A DNA stretch of 64,000 nucleotides from Macrostomum hystrix (GCA_950097015.1 CATNEN010000039.1:13578001-13642000), one strand, 5' to 3'. Positions 48,001 to 62,122 are shown, counted from the stretch's first letter. Notes: generated by a model from the letters alone, not told the origin. Numbers and translations: made by a program.

Positions 48001-51000
48001 TCGACGAAGCAAATATCAAAAGATGAGACTTTGATCCACCCCAACAGTCGTTAAATTTGTGCAGACAAGGTCAATATTTCCTATCTCTGTAGCGTATTTC
48101 ACTTCAAAAACCACCTTCCGAAACATTTTCTAAGATACGTGCTTTCCCCGACCCTCTACCCCTAGCGGTCCTTGAATCGACCTTAGGCGCACCTGGGTGG
48201 TGCACGGGAGGCCGCAGACGAAAGCCAACAGACAGATGGCGCAGAGGACTATGAGGGGCCGCTGTCCGCTGCCAAGCTGGTTTGGCCAATAGTCGCACAC
48301 TGACGTCTTCAGCATGTTGACGTTTGAAATCGCTGTACCGAAGCCGAGTGTGAGCAGCATGGCGAAGAAGAGCGACGCCCACAGCGGAGACACTGGCAGG
48401 GAGGTCACAATGTCCGGGTAGAGGACGAAGGCTAATCCGGCACCTGCATTTTAATAATTTTTTACGTCACTAGACAGGTAAGTTTGGGAAGCAAAGGCCA
48501 AAAGTGTATGATTTCAGTGCTTTAATAGTACAGAAACGCACCATCCTTTGCCACAGTGTCGATAGGTACAGACATCACGTGGCTCATATAGCCCAGAACG
48601 CAAAAGATGGTCATGCCAGCATAGATTGAGGTGGCGCCATCGCCCAAGGACACAATGAGCGAGTCTCTACAACGGACGTCAAGTGGTTGTTCTGATGCTT
48701 AATTTCATCCGAGTCGTCTCAAGAATACTAAAGATACTTAAAAAGACTGGTCAAGAGTAAAGTCATAATAATTTGCTGATACTCATGGTACAGCAAAAGT
48801 TTGAGCCTAAATTTGGGCTTGGCCACGCGAGTAGGGTGCCCTGCAACGTAAGCAGCAGCACCTTCTGAAGTGGCTGTGGGCAGTAGGACTCGACGCGGAT
48901 GATGTGGCCTGCCAGCTGAAGTCGTCAACAACACAGCAGTTCACTTGGACGGGTCAGGCGCGGCGATGTAGTGCCGCATTCGTGTCGCTGATCCTAAAGG
49001 CGACCATGCTGGTGTGCGCCGCTTTACTTGCTGTTCGAGTGAGTCCGTCAGTCTCCAGGTCCCGGTGTTGTACTCGTACAGCAGGACGTGTCTATCACCG
49101 TCCGGAACGAGCCCAGGCGAGCCCGACACCGCAGATCTTCGCGGACGTCAGGTACCATACCACTAGGGTAGCGTGGAAGCTCGATGGCCTGTCCGTCAGC
49201 GCTTCGACAGAAAATTGCAGCCTCCATATCGCCCGGCAGACATGCAGAGCACGACGGTCTCCTTCATGCTGACTATCAAGCCGACGCTCGCAGCAACGCC
49301 AACCAGCTTGTCCAGCTGGCACAGGGCGCCCTCGCATCGACCATCGCCACCGTAACCAAGCATCGCTTTACGAGTACGCTTCAGTGATCGTTTCTTTGTC
49401 ATAACGCAGAGTAAAATTTTGCATCGACATGCCATTCAATTGTCTTGATTTATGAAAAATACAATTAATTGAACTAGAACTTACAACAGAGCATTGTTCT
49501 TGAACTTGTTGTAGCTGCTCAGAGTTATGATGCCGCCCCAACCGCTTGATAACGAAAAGAATACCTGCGGAAAGGTTTTTTATTTCGTTTTTGGTTGCGG
49601 CTGAAGCTGATGAGCGGCTCACAGAAGCGAGATGAGAAAGTTAATGGACCATGAATCGCTATTTTCCCCCTCACCTGAATCGCGGCATCGCCCCAAACAT
49701 TAGCGTCCGCCAGTCGTTCCCACTTGGGAATGAAAAAGTAGGCCAAGCCATTCTTGCTGCCCTCCAGTGTCAGGCCGCGAACCAACAGAATCGTGAGCAC
49801 CACGTAGGGAAACAGGCCGGTGAAGTATACGACCTGAAGTCGGTGCATTTCGGGGTCAAGGATATTTGAAATTCCATCCAACATCAACTCTATGTTGCAA
49901 GAGCTAAAGGCGTGATTGCCATAAAGTCGAAAATTTACCAAAAACTTTTGCATGGTTTAACTCGTGGTTTTATTTAAGCTAGTTATTTTACTTTACTTGC
50001 CTTTTAAAAACTATTTATGACGTTTTCTTAGTAAATGTGCTCGAGAACGTCCTTACGGTTTACAGACAGTGCATATGTACATCATCTGCCAGCTGACTTT
50101 CTTGTCGTCCGTCAGTGCACGCTCCCGCTGTGCCATTATCAATGCCTCATAGCCACCATCAAGCATTCTCCCAGTTGCTCTCAGTCAGTTCATATGAGCT
50201 TGCTGTAATCCAAATCTTTCCAGTATTAAGAAAATTATTGCATGCATAAACTGCCATGATATTTTTGCGAAAAACTGCTTTTGTGATTATTGCTAACTCC
50301 CGAGATAGTTATTGTACTCAATAGGACAAAGGAGGTTGTAGTATTCTGGCTAGAGCGTCGGACTCAGTACTTGAAGATCGGGGGTTCGAGTCCCTGAGCA
50401 GGATACCTAACTCTGAATTGCTTCAGTTCACCCAGCTATTTAATAAGTCCACCCAGTCCATGGACTGAACAGCCGTACGCAGCCTTTAAGATGCGGCTGT
50501 GCTTTCGTCTGCATATCTGTCCAAATTGGGGCAGGTGTAATCATAATAGGAAAATTGCTAAGTTTACAGCCAATCGAATGAAAATTGATAGATGCAGCAA
50601 ACTGGTAGCCCGTTTGTGGGACATTGGGTTGCCTGGTTATGTAAGCTACGTACCACCTTGTTGAAAGGACAAGGCTCAAAATGATTGGTTTTCATTCAAA
50701 AGTTAGAAAATTAGTTCCATTGATGACGTCCTCAATCGGCTTCGAATTAGCATTTTCATCTCTTTAAAGCGCTTTGATCATCCCTCAAAAGGGGCAGATA
50801 CGAGTATGTGCTAGTGTGAGTTATAAATACCTTCTGTTCAGACCACAGAAGCTTTTATAAAAGGTGAAACGGTAGCATGTGTACTATAGCACGATTCAAA
50901 TAAAAAAAGTGTCACAAGCAATTTTTTTCATGTTTTTTAGCTCAGCTGTTGTGGCAAGAGGATCGCTGACTTTTTAACATTATTTGCTTAAAAATGAGAT

Positions 51001-54000
51001 AAATATCCAGCTAAGCCGTCGCATCCTGTATCCTTGGCGACGTGATCCTCAATAGGATTTGCAGAGTTTTCGGGTCTCTCCTGCCAGACCTCTTGCAAAT
51101 GTCAAACTGGCATTGGTAGAACTGGGAGCTGCGGCTGAAATGGAAGTCCTTGGCGCGGAAGTAGTTGACAATGTCCCCGGTATCGTTTTCGCAGAGTGCC
51201 ACAAGATCCACGGTGACTCCGCCACCCGACGGAAAGCTGGACTCCTGCGACAACAGCTTGAACGTCCAGCTGTCGCAAGACTTCTGATAGACCATCTTCC
51301 ATTCGGCATCTCGAATGGGACTCGGCACCGGGCCTGACTGCGTACGGATTTCCACCTGTGGTGGCAGGTTGAAAATAGGATACTGGATTTTTAATGATAA
51401 CTGGTGCCGCTATTGTGGAACTGGTGAAGCTATTGTGAGATTGGTGAATGGAAAAGGTGTAGCACCAGCTAAGGTAAGATGACTGCCTATTAGCTTAGAC
51501 GCCGTACATTAGTAATTTACACGCCTAATAACTTTACATAATACGTATGGGCAACATTACGACAACTATTACTGACAGTAGTACAATAAAAGTGCAGTCT
51601 TCTTAGAGCTCTACTAACCTCATCTGAAAATACAAAAAAAAATATGCCGCTTAAGAACCGACTCAAACTAAATTAAACTCGGTCACACAGCTTTTTGCAG
51701 AATTCACTTAAGAAAACTTGACCAGAGAGTCATTAAAACAAACACAAAGCACTACGAAATGGCTTGAAAATATGAATATTATGAATGATAATACGTTGAC
51801 TCCTGAGCACACACTCACACGGATACCGTACGCAGGCACACGCAGTTTACATTGCACTGTGCCTTAGAGGTTGGCCCTCTAGGACGTAAATTTTGTAATT
51901 TCACAATGAATTTCAGGAATACATTGAAAATTACTTTAGAGAACGTGCAAGATAACTGTAGGGATCTTTTATTTAATAAAATTCTAGCTAAATTTATTTG
52001 ATCACCCACCTGCAGTCCGAAGCGCATTGTATTCCCAACTTTTATATTGTCCACCGCTAGGCACAGGTAACTTCGAGGTCGATAGAATTTGTCCATGAAC
52101 TCAGCCTGCTTCAGCTCATGCTGCCAAGGGCAGAGGGCGCGAAATCGGTAGGCCTTGGCGATCAGGTCACGCAGCAGCTCGTTAGACTCCTCAGATTGGG
52201 CCAGGCTGAAAACATATCAGATGTAAATGAGTAGGTCCATTAGGAGCTTTGACTACTTAAAATAAGTGAAACTGAAAAAGCCTAAGTAAGTACCAGATAA
52301 GCTCAAAAGCCAAAAATTTACACTACTCGATATACGAAATTTTGTGAAGATTTACTAGGGTTTTTGTAACACTTTTTGTAACTTTCTTGTCCAATGGATG
52401 TTTTAATTTACAGACAATTAATGTGTTTGTACAAATGAAATAAATAATAATTATAACTGCAAGACGGCTGCGGGCAATGGCACATGATTTGGTGAAGCTA
52501 GACCCGCTGCCAGCGAGGAGGCACTTCTGCCCATTTCGCTGACTCCTGAGCACACGCGCACACAGATACTGTATGCAGGCACACGTTCACACAGGTGTGT
52601 ACATCTGCTCTGACTTTCTCATCGTCGGGCAGTGTACACTGTCACTGTTGGCCCCTAATTGGCTAAACTTGCACGACAAGCCCCCAAGCCTTCTCTCCGC
52701 GGCTGCGCCCCAAATCAAAATGTGGCCTGGCCTCGGAATCGAGCTCAGGGGCCTCAGTGGGAGAGACAAACGCGTCAGACAGCTCTGCCGCTCATCCCCT
52801 ATACAAATAAAGATGACTGACCTGGAGTCCTCCAGTTCAGACAGCTGCTTCGCTGACATCATCGGAAAGCGTATCATTGGCAGAAGTTCCGTTACGTAGC
52901 GCTGAAACCGGTCGCGGACGCCCAGCCATTTGAGCAGCAGTTGCTGCAGCACAGCGTACTCGTCTTCCATCACAAGGCGGCCGGTGCGCAGCAGGTCTCG
53001 CACGAACTCGCAACCAACGTCAAGAAACTCGTCCAATTCAACGGCTTGCTTGGCATTCCAGCAGATGGTGTTGAAACAGGTGTCCGCAAGCCTGTCAAGC
53101 TGCAAGTGCTTAGCCCATGGATACCACAGAACGGCATTGCGGATGTTTGGCGGCTGGGCATTTTCCGTCATAAACTTTTCTGTTTGCTGGCGTAGCGACC
53201 ACACCTGATACTTGTCAGCTAAGCGCAGTAGGCCTACAAAATTAATGTACGAGTACATGTTGATAATAACAATTGTAATAATTAATTACGAGTACACCTG
53301 GCCCCAATTGGGCCAGATGTGCAGTCGACAGCACAGTTGCAGCTATTGCACGGCGCATCTGACGACTGCATTCGGCTTTTCAGTCCATGGACTGAGGGGG
53401 ACGCTACACCCCACCATCAATTACCCCAGCTAATGCTGGTACCCATTTGAGTTAACTGATAGGTGAACTGAAGCAATGCAGAGTAAAGTGTCTTGCTAAA
53501 GGACACAAATTGTTTCAGTGGAGTCGGGAATCAAACCCCTGACCTTCAAGTCCTGAGTCAGACACTAACACAAGGCTACAACAACATATTTAAAACTGCT
53601 ATTAAAACTAGAAATGCGGCAGTTGCAATTAAGTTGGTGATTAATGCGATCGCTCTTACCTATCGACGTAGCCCGATTGATGAAAACTCGACCTGCGTAG
53701 AGAAATCGCAGGAAGTGTTCGAAGCATTGAAAGCAGGCCTCGTCTTCGATGAGTTCACACAGAGTCCTCTCGGCAGCCATCGAATTGGTTGAGCCGGCTG
53801 CCACCGACTGCTTTGGCCAGTTGGCGCTGTATAATATTGTGCGAAAGAATTCTGAAGACTTGGCCAACACGAACTTGTGCGCGTGAAACTCGCGTTGCTG
53901 TAGCGACGAGCTGTTCTCGAGCTGTTCACTTTCTTCTGTGTCCTCCTCGTCGACGAAGCTTTTGCAATCGTCATCTGAGCGACGAACAATGAGCAGCAGG

Positions 54001-57000
54001 TCGCTGAGCTCGGGCGAGTTGCAGTATTGACAAATGTCAGATACGAACCCCTCCGTGTCCGACAGCTCTTCTCCACTGTCTGTGCTGTCTGGAGAAGAAC
54101 GCTTTGATTTCTGATTCTGCTGCTGCTGCTGAGTTGTGACGACGCCATCATCAACGAGATATGAGTCAGCATCAGACACCCCTGCGGCAGCTGTGATTGT
54201 CCTTTTTTGATGGTTCATTGCTAATCAATCCAGGTACAGAGAGTTCTGTAGAGCTTGTTTCTCTCTCAGTTTTATTTCGCCAGACAAGCAGAATAAAAAT
54301 AGTGAGTGCGCTTCAGTTTTGTCTGAAGTATTTAATGGGACGTTGGATGCGGGGCTCCTAATTTGGGTAAGGTGAGGTGGTGCCGCAAGGTTTAGTTGGA
54401 CACGAATAGACGATGCGAAAAGCGTGGGTCGCAGCTGTTGAAAAATCTCTTCCTTCGGCTTTTAATTTCTCTCTGCCTCTTCTCTCCTCTCTTTCCTGGC
54501 CCGAGGAGTGAGTACATCACCGACAAGTCGTCCATGAAGGCAGTCACCTCTCTGTGCGCAGTTCTTGCATTTGTAGGAGCGAATGCGCGAACACAGAGGC
54601 GTACAAACGTACAGAGTTTAAAAGGCAAGGGTTAGAGTGACCTAAAATTTTATTTCTATAGCAGAAAATTGTAGAGCTATAATCATTTTAAGCTCGTTTT
54701 ACACTTCTAAAACTTCTAAAATTCTATTGTAAAACTGTATTTTAAGGCTCTATAATAGCCTTACATGGTATGCAAAATAGGCACACAACACAGCTTATTA
54801 GGGTGGAGCTCTTCGCTAAGTGTGGGAACAACTCTATTGGAGAGTCAGCGCAGTGAGATCACATGACAAATACTGCTTACTACCTTTGCTTTCTTTAGTT
54901 AATGATGTCATTCGCGTTCGGGTGCCTAGGCTTGATTCCGCGGCGAGAAGAAATGCATCTTGGGGAAACATGCATGGCTTTTTTAGACGATAATAATAAT
55001 TGATTACACCTGCCCCAATTCGGGCAGATGCGCAGCCGACAGCACAGCCGCAGCTATTGCGCGGCGCAGCTGAAGGTTGCGTACGGCAGTTCAGTCCATG
55101 GACTGGGGGACGCCACACCCACCCTTAATTACCCGAGCTGATGCTGTTACCCATTTAACAGCTGGGTGAACTGAAGCAATGCAGAGTTAGTGTCTTGCTA
55201 AAGGACACAAATTGTTCCAGTGGAGTCGGGAATCGAACCCCTGACCTTCAAGTCGTAAGTCATACGCTCTAAGCACAAGGCTACAACCTTTTTAAACCAC
55301 ATGTTACTTATCTGAACTCTCCTAAAATTCCTTGCTTGAATGTTTGATGTCCATTTATCACGATAACTCTGGCGGTCACCGAGTTAAATGCGAGTAGTAT
55401 AGCAAAGGTGCGACAAAATTTTTTGCTATTGCTCTCGAAATATAAATGTAAGTGTAGCTTCCTTAAAAACAGTCATAAAAGCACAGAAAAGTGAAGTAAA
55501 GTTAATAAGTTCTTAAAATACTCTTTACTAAAGGTGGAAGGAGCAAAAATTAGGTGTAATAAAAAATGTTGTGAAAGGACTGTAAGCAGACGCAGTGGCA
55601 ACTTCCATGACACAGTAAAAAAGCACACTGCTTGACGATGAGACAGACAGGGCAGATGTACACACCTGTGTGTGTGCTCAGGAATCAGCGGATTTGGCAG
55701 AATTGACTCCTCGCTGGCTGCGGGTCTACTGTCACCATATGATGTGCCATTGCCCACAGCCATGTTGCAAACATAATTATTATCATTAATGGTATTATTG
55801 ACCCGAGCCGTGACTGAACTCTTGAATCCAAGGCCTCAAATGAAATGCAATGATCAAAAGAACGGTTCTCACCTTTCCGGCAGACTTCACGCCGCGGACG
55901 AGGCAGAGAGCGACAACAATCCAGGCAATCAGCAGGCAGATCACCAGCTCCCATTTCGGCAAGCCCAGGTCATGGAAGCCGTTCGATATAGAGAGGACAA
56001 AGTTGCTAGAATAAACAGAAAATTATCTCAATGATTTGTAACTGCCTAACACGACGGACGCAAGCGAATTTCGGAGCATCATTCTCACTGAAAGTATTCG
56101 TCACTAGAAGTTTTCGGCGATGGAACGGAGCCGAGGAAGTCGTGAAGCAAACTAGCATTGGTGGAGTTCAGCGTCACTGCTTCGTCGTAGAATGGCGCCA
56201 GGGCCAAGCCTTCGGAGGTCTCGTTGGCAGGAAACGCTGCGAAGTCGCCATCGGCCGTCTCCATGATCCAGCTGGTGTTGCCAGGCAACAGACAGCTGTG
56301 ATTCAGGGCGAAAGCAAAGAATCCACCCTGACCCCAGCAGCGGTTGCGTTCGGACAGTGTCCGAATGTGGATGCAATCGCCGGTGTTCCAGGTAGCACTG
56401 CAGGTTGTCCAGGGCAGTTTGCCAGTGACGGAGCTTACACTCTGCCAGAAGTAGAACAGGGTCCAGGCGATCAGCATGTTGTAGTAGATGCTGCCACAGA
56501 ATGTGATCACAATCATTGACCAGCCAATTCCTGCGTGTAAATTTTTTGGTTCTTGGAGATTAAAACTTAGAGATTGTGTCGAAGCGAGAGATCGAAAGCG
56601 AGAGTCGAACCTCAGACGTCGCGATCATTGATGCAAATATTTGACGACAGAGCAACAGCTTATTAAAATAATTGTAATTAATATGCATATTTTACGATTA
56701 AAACTTATTTTAAATAAACTAAATAAATATAAATATAGAACCATAACAGTTTAGAGGATTTTTCCATAGACACTCCCATTCCTTTTCGCCTGGTAAAAGA
56801 ACCATGGACGTCTATAGCTAGCATCCATGCTTCTAACTATATTCTAGCCATAAAAGTCGATGTAAAAGCACTAGCTTTGGCCATAGATAGTTCATTTGAT
56901 TCGGGTAAATCAATAGGGCTCTCATTTCGAGACCAATGCATGTTTCATAGTCTATGGTCAAGAGCTATCTCGGACGCCAAAATTCTACACTCACTACTAA

Positions 57001-59319
57001 ATAGTACACATATCTAACTACACACACTAATTACACAAGTTACCGACATGCAAAATACCATTCGTGCTCGAATAACAGACAAATTGTCTGCTCGCTAGAC
57101 TCAGAAGATAATGTAAAGAATTTGAAGATAGTAGCAATAGTTATTGCTAAATAGAAGACTATTGTGACGAAGTATAGCTATTTGAATTGACATTGTGCGA
57201 TACGACAATAAAAAGGCACGAACTTCGAATCTAAAGACACACAGTTAAAAGTCCCGGCTTAAGCCCCTTCAAAATAACTCGGCTGGGCATTGCACAGAAC
57301 TTAAAAGGTGTGGAAATTTTTCTCTTGTGAGTACTGCGACTTGAGCTTGGAAAAGCTCTGTAAACATTTTATGGAAAATACCCTAACTGAGAATAGTTTA
57401 CTCATCTGCAGCTGGCTGACTCTTGAACCGTTTAGTGAAAAAACAGTTCACATTTATTTTTTTAAAGATGGTTTTCACATTTAATGTTTTTAATTATCAG
57501 TATCTATGCCGCTGGTTGCTTGCCTAACAATTTGCTTTTACACCAGCCCAATTTAGTCTGATGTGCAGCCGACAACACAGCGCCACAGTTACTGCGCAGC
57601 GCATATGAAGATTTTCACGATTTCTCAAGATTTTCACGACGAATGAAATATTTTCGGAGATGCAGAAAAAGTATGTGTTATCTGGCTAAAATTCGTGACA
57701 GTCCAAAACTCGTCGAAGTCTTACCTGTGAACAGAGGACTAGCCCTCCAGACGGTGATTGGACCGGTGGCCGAGTACTGGCCAAAGCACGTCTCCATGTA
57801 CAGCAGCGGAATTCCAACGGACAGCAGCATGATCACGAACGGAACCAGGAAAGCGCCACCACCGTTCTGTTGAAAAAAACGAATGGATAATAAAAAATGC
57901 GAGATTAGCTTTCAAGGAGAAGTACTGCCTAAAGGCGTCATGCAAGGACCACTTGGAGTAGAAGGACGATAAACTATGTTTCTTAGAAAAAAGTTCGGAA
58001 TAAATTCTACGTAGATAGGAAAATTTCTTATTTTTGCACAACTTTAGTGAGTGTGTGTCATGGGAGGCATTTCAAGGCTATTATTTATGTAAACTTTTTA
58101 TTTGATAGATTCATCGATTTCTGCCAATAGCTTTATTTGTGACAATATCAACTTGTTCGATAAGTTATAACAAAAGTTGAGCTCTTTGGATCTGCTTCCA
58201 ATAAAAAACTAGCACTTTTTAATATCAAAAACTGAAAATCTACGTTCTGTATTGGCCGAAACCTGCCTCATTAAGCCCTTTTTTTAAATGTAGTGGTTTC
58301 ACATCTTTCTACTGCTAGAGTGGTCCTTGGCGTCACGAAGAAACTTCACTTATAAATTCGGAACTTATAATTTGCATGGTAGAATAGAAATGTTAAAGCT
58401 ACTTTTCAAATCAAATTTTTTTGCACGTTAAGTTTTCTCTCTTGCTTAGCATTTTTTAAGTTAACTGTAAGTTTTCAGGGCTTCATTATAGATTAAGTCG
58501 TAACAAACAAGCAACTTGGCCTCACCTTGTAGCACAGGTACGGAAACCGCCAAACATTGCCGAGGCCTACAGCGTAGGATATGCAGGAGAATAGAAACTC
58601 GGCTTTGCCACCCCATGCGTCACGAGTTTGCGTGACTGGCTCCTCTTTTCTGTGCTCCGCGTCTGGCTGGTCCATCTGAGAATTAAAAAGTTATTATTAT
58701 AAGCTTAGCTAAAATAATGCAAAATATATTCTTGTTGTTGCCAGCTACAAAAGCTTGTTTTATGTAGCCATTCAAAAGTGAAAATTATAACCTAACTAAT
58801 TATTTGCTTTGGAATAAAACAGAATTGTGTTTATTAAATATGTATAGTACTCGTAAATTATCAAATGAGTGACGAGTTAATTAGTAAAACGTTACCTAAT
58901 TTAAATGAAAACTGATTTTATAAAGATCAACATACATATCCAAGCTTAGTCTTATATACAATAAGCTTTACTTATAATATTTGTTTTTTAATATATGCCC
59001 ATAATACATTTTGCTAGCCTAGATTGTGTCAGTTTCATCCATTTAAAAGAGAAATAGCTAGCAATTTTTAGTTTCTTATAAAGCTCTTTTATTCTGCTAA
59101 GATTCTGCTATTATATAACTTGCTTCAACTGTAGAACAAAGTCCATAAATATTATAGCATAAACTTTGCAGATCCAATGGACGTGTTATAATTATTTTGC
59201 TAACTTAAAAAAAATTGTTGTCCGTTTTGGTTTGGTAGCCATTCTCTTTGGTTTAGAAATAAAAATTATACAGAAAATAAATAGAAACCTACCTTAACTG
59301 CAGATCCTCTACTGCTCAT
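45019..59319 (-). CDS. SLC6 sodium/chloride-dependent amino-acid transporter (GlyT/PROT-like); exons 59319-59293, 58675-58526, 57866-57725, 56530-56089, 56005-55873, 49833-49675, 49564-49485, 48666-48542, 48443-48193, 47192-46812, 45396-45280, 45180-45019
   Basis: [43 protein letters not shown]; YYNMLIAW; [14 protein letters not shown]; [29 protein letters not shown]; GLAFVLYP. All junctions are GT-AG and phase-compatible. Confidence 0.93.
45671..46246 (-). mobile_element. Full-length tRNA-derived SINE (family 2, 576 bp) with 12-bp TSD
   Basis: Minus-strand head GGGGGCGAGTGGGTCAGCGG...GTTCGATTC, (TAAG)n tail, and TTAGGCTTGATC at 45659-45670 and 46247-46258. Confidence 0.85.
47256..47545 (+). 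mobile_element. tRNA-derived SINE family 1, near full length
   Basis: A box TGGCCTAGTGG, B box GTTCGATTCC, CORE-like TGTGTCCTTTAGCAAGACACTTAACTC...CTGTAAAATGGGTACC, and an AT-rich tail. At least 6 related copies in the window. Confidence 0.85.
50331..50550 (+). mobile_element. SINE family 1 copy (internally deleted)
   Basis: tRNA head plus TTGCTTCAGTTCACCCAGCT and CAGTCCATGGACTGAACAGCCGTAC. Confidence 0.7.
51011..54218 (-). CDS. BTB/POZ-BACK domain protein (BTBD17-like), nested in SLC6 intron 5; exons 54218-53660, 53233-52822, 52205-52010, 51355-51011
   Basis: BTB: [12 protein letters not shown]...[19 protein letters not shown]...[11 protein letters not shown]...[14 protein letters not shown]: CFNTICWN...[13 protein letters not shown]...KWL...[11 protein letters not shown]; YRPRSY. 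Phase-compatible GT-AG introns and no stops. Confidence 0.9.
52445..52800 (-). mobile_element. tRNA-derived SINE family 3 in a BTB gene intron
   Basis: Minus-strand head AGGGGATGAGCGGCAGAGC...GAGCTCGATTCC. Related fragments at 8760-8990, 46650-46745, 51800-51890 and 55650-55770. Confidence 0.65.
53262..53583 (-). mobile_element. SINE family 1 copy
   Basis: Reverse complement of the family 1 head, core and tail. Confidence 0.8.
54990..55289 (-). mobile_element. SINE family 1 copy, near full length
   Basis: Reverse complement of the family 1 head, core and tail, with (TTA)n end. Confidence 0.8.
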
Positions 59320-62122
59320 CTTGACGCACAAAAAGCGTTAAGAAGACAGACACAAGTTAACGTTATGGTGGAAAAAGCCTTGATAAGTATAACAATTCGA
59401 TTTTGAGGCGTTGAAAATGAGAAATCTCTAGGCTTTATTTTGATGAATTGGCTAACGTAAACAAGTCCCTCGTTGCGTAGAGCTGAATAACACAATCTTA
59501 GATAAAAGTAGCTGCACGTTCTTTCTCTTCTTTCTCATTCATATTCAATGTAATGTATGCAATAGGTATGTCGAGAGTTCCTTTTAACTGATATGTGGAA
59601 AATTGAAAGTCATAAAAAATGCTTACGAATATCGTGACAAAAATATGGGAGACTTGAACATTAACGGGCTTTATTTTTGAACAATAAAAGCAGCACAGCA
59701 ATTTAGGGTGTCTGACAACAAACTATTTTTGTAACTTTTGTTTAATCAGTCAGGTCTTCAACTCGGAGATTGTAGGTCCAATGAATTTTTGCGGGTCAAA
59801 ATTTTCCTATGCGACATGTTCCCTCAAATTTTTCACCTATGCTAAGTATAGCAGTCGCAGTCAATCAAAAAGTTTTGAAGAAGCAATTTTTTAAAATTAT
59901 TCTTTGATCTAAGATTAAAATCCTCACTTAAATTATTCCCTATATGTCCATATGTTTTATGATTGTGTATACGTAAACTTCACATGCAGGGAATTATTGT
60001 AGCCTTGGAGTTAGAATTTTTCTAATCACTATTGCCATTTTTTATTAATCAACAGGCGATTATCAAAAGTGCGAAAGTAAAGTAAGTTTAAAGTTGAACT
60101 GCTGTTCTTCCATCAAATTAATCGGGCAAAGAAAGCAGTCCTTTCAAAGATACACGGCAGATTTCCAGTAGCCTTTACGAATATATTATGTCATAATGAT
60201 ACTCAGCTTGAAAGAAACATAAAGCGATAATCCCCATTTCTACGCTAGGTAAAACATTGTCATTTAGACTAAAGACAGGTGCACAAAACTTAATTGCTTA
60301 TAACACTTAATAAATCCTTATTCTACAATGTTTTGCTTAAAAATAATGACGCACACACCGCCACATCCCGTGAAACGCAATGACTCTACAGGCTTAATTG
60401 TTGAGTGCAAATATTTTTTTAATTTTAAAATTAAAAGTATTTCGTGCTGAAGAAGAAACAAAAAACTGTCCAGAGTACTACAAAAGCAAAAAAATTAGAA
60501 GACTTAAAATCCGTTCATATGCATGTAAAACATATATACGATAGTTTATACCGCAGGTCAGCAGACTGACGCGGACTGAGATGAAATCACGTACGTGTAC
60601 TACTTCTAAACACTTGAACATGTCTACTAAAAAAACTACAAAGACAATAAGACAAACACGCACCAGTATCTGCTAACAAAAATAATATGCATCTAAAACA
60701 TTTATCAGTAAATGTACATAAGCAACACCTTTATAGTGATGACGACGATTGGTAAAAATGAGAGCATAATTAAGTGACGATTATTCGATTCAATTTTCTC
60801 AATCGTAGTTCTCAAACATATACTTCAACATTTCTACTTATCAATAGTCACTTGGAAACCAATGGAGAGGGCATCTGAGTAAACTAGTCCGATAAAGGCA
60901 TATATGCGTAGCAGCACAAAGTCACAAGCAGGAAAAATCTATACATCCAATTTTATGCCTTGAATCACGAGTAGGCTGGGGTGAGCGCGCTAATCTTTGT
61001 CTCCGGGTGAGGCAATTAACAAATTGCTGACCTTTGCTGCAGAAAAGTTGCTCTGCAGAATTGCCCCAGTCTACGAGAAAGATAACAAAAAATATTTGCC
61101 GGCTGACGATATCAGAACGACGACAAAAGAAAAGTAAATTTAAACTACATTGGCATACTATCATAAGACATCCGTGCAACTATAGCATTGTATATGGTAT
61201 GCAGTACAGTAAGCTATTAGGCTAAGAGTGAAAATAAAGAAAATCGTCAGTTATATTTGTTAAAACGAAATCAAATAAAGCAAAACCAAAGACCGAAAAA
61301 AGAAATACAGGAAAAATTGTTGACCATTGCAGAACAAAGTGCACGGCTAAACATAAAGTGCAATGCGCTCGTGGAGTGGGGTGGGGTGGTTACGGCCGGT
61401 GTCGTCTTTGAGTTTGGTAGGTTACACAAAATACCAAGACAATCATAGCAAAGTTTTTCTATGCAAGGAGCATTGTGTAAGTACTGCACTCTTAACTAAC
61501 ATTAATATTATATTAATATTATCAGGCTCGAGGAAGTTTCGTCCAATCGATTGAAAAGTACATATTGTGAGTGATGTACAAAATATCGGCATCGGAGAGT
61601 TATTCTAAGATTCTCGTCGGTGTGTCTGGTGGCAAAGGCCACCAGTGTAGACGTAATTTTTCTGCTGTCAAAATTTCATTTCGCAACCAAGTCGGGCCAT
61701 GTCGGACACCATTGTTGATTGTATTCCATTGGATATATTGTTAATTATTATACTATTGAACCAATATGGATTCGCCGTAAAGGTTTTATGCAGAGCAATT
61801 TTAATTATCAATGTCTCCAGATGTCGGTCGGCTTTGAAAGTCAGCTCATCGTAAAGGGTGGAGCATTTTGATCCCTATGGTGGAGTTTCACGAAAATCTG
61901 TAATTCAGTTTGGAAGCTGTCGTGAAGTACGTACGCAGTGGCTATTTTAAATAACCAGTGGTCGTCCTCACTGGAGAAAAATATCGTGGTCTTACTACTG
62001 TTAACTACTAAAGACTCAACAAATAAAGGAGCAAGTGTATCAGTGAAATATTTGTTCAACTCAGTCTGGATATTGTTCAAACCATACGACCCATCGATGC
62101 TGCTACAAAGCCAGTCCGTTCA

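Noticed and set aside
54392-54635. Overlapping ~78-aa ORFs upstream of the BTB gene
   Set aside because: No recognisable motif or compatible splice sites; could be promoter or UTR.
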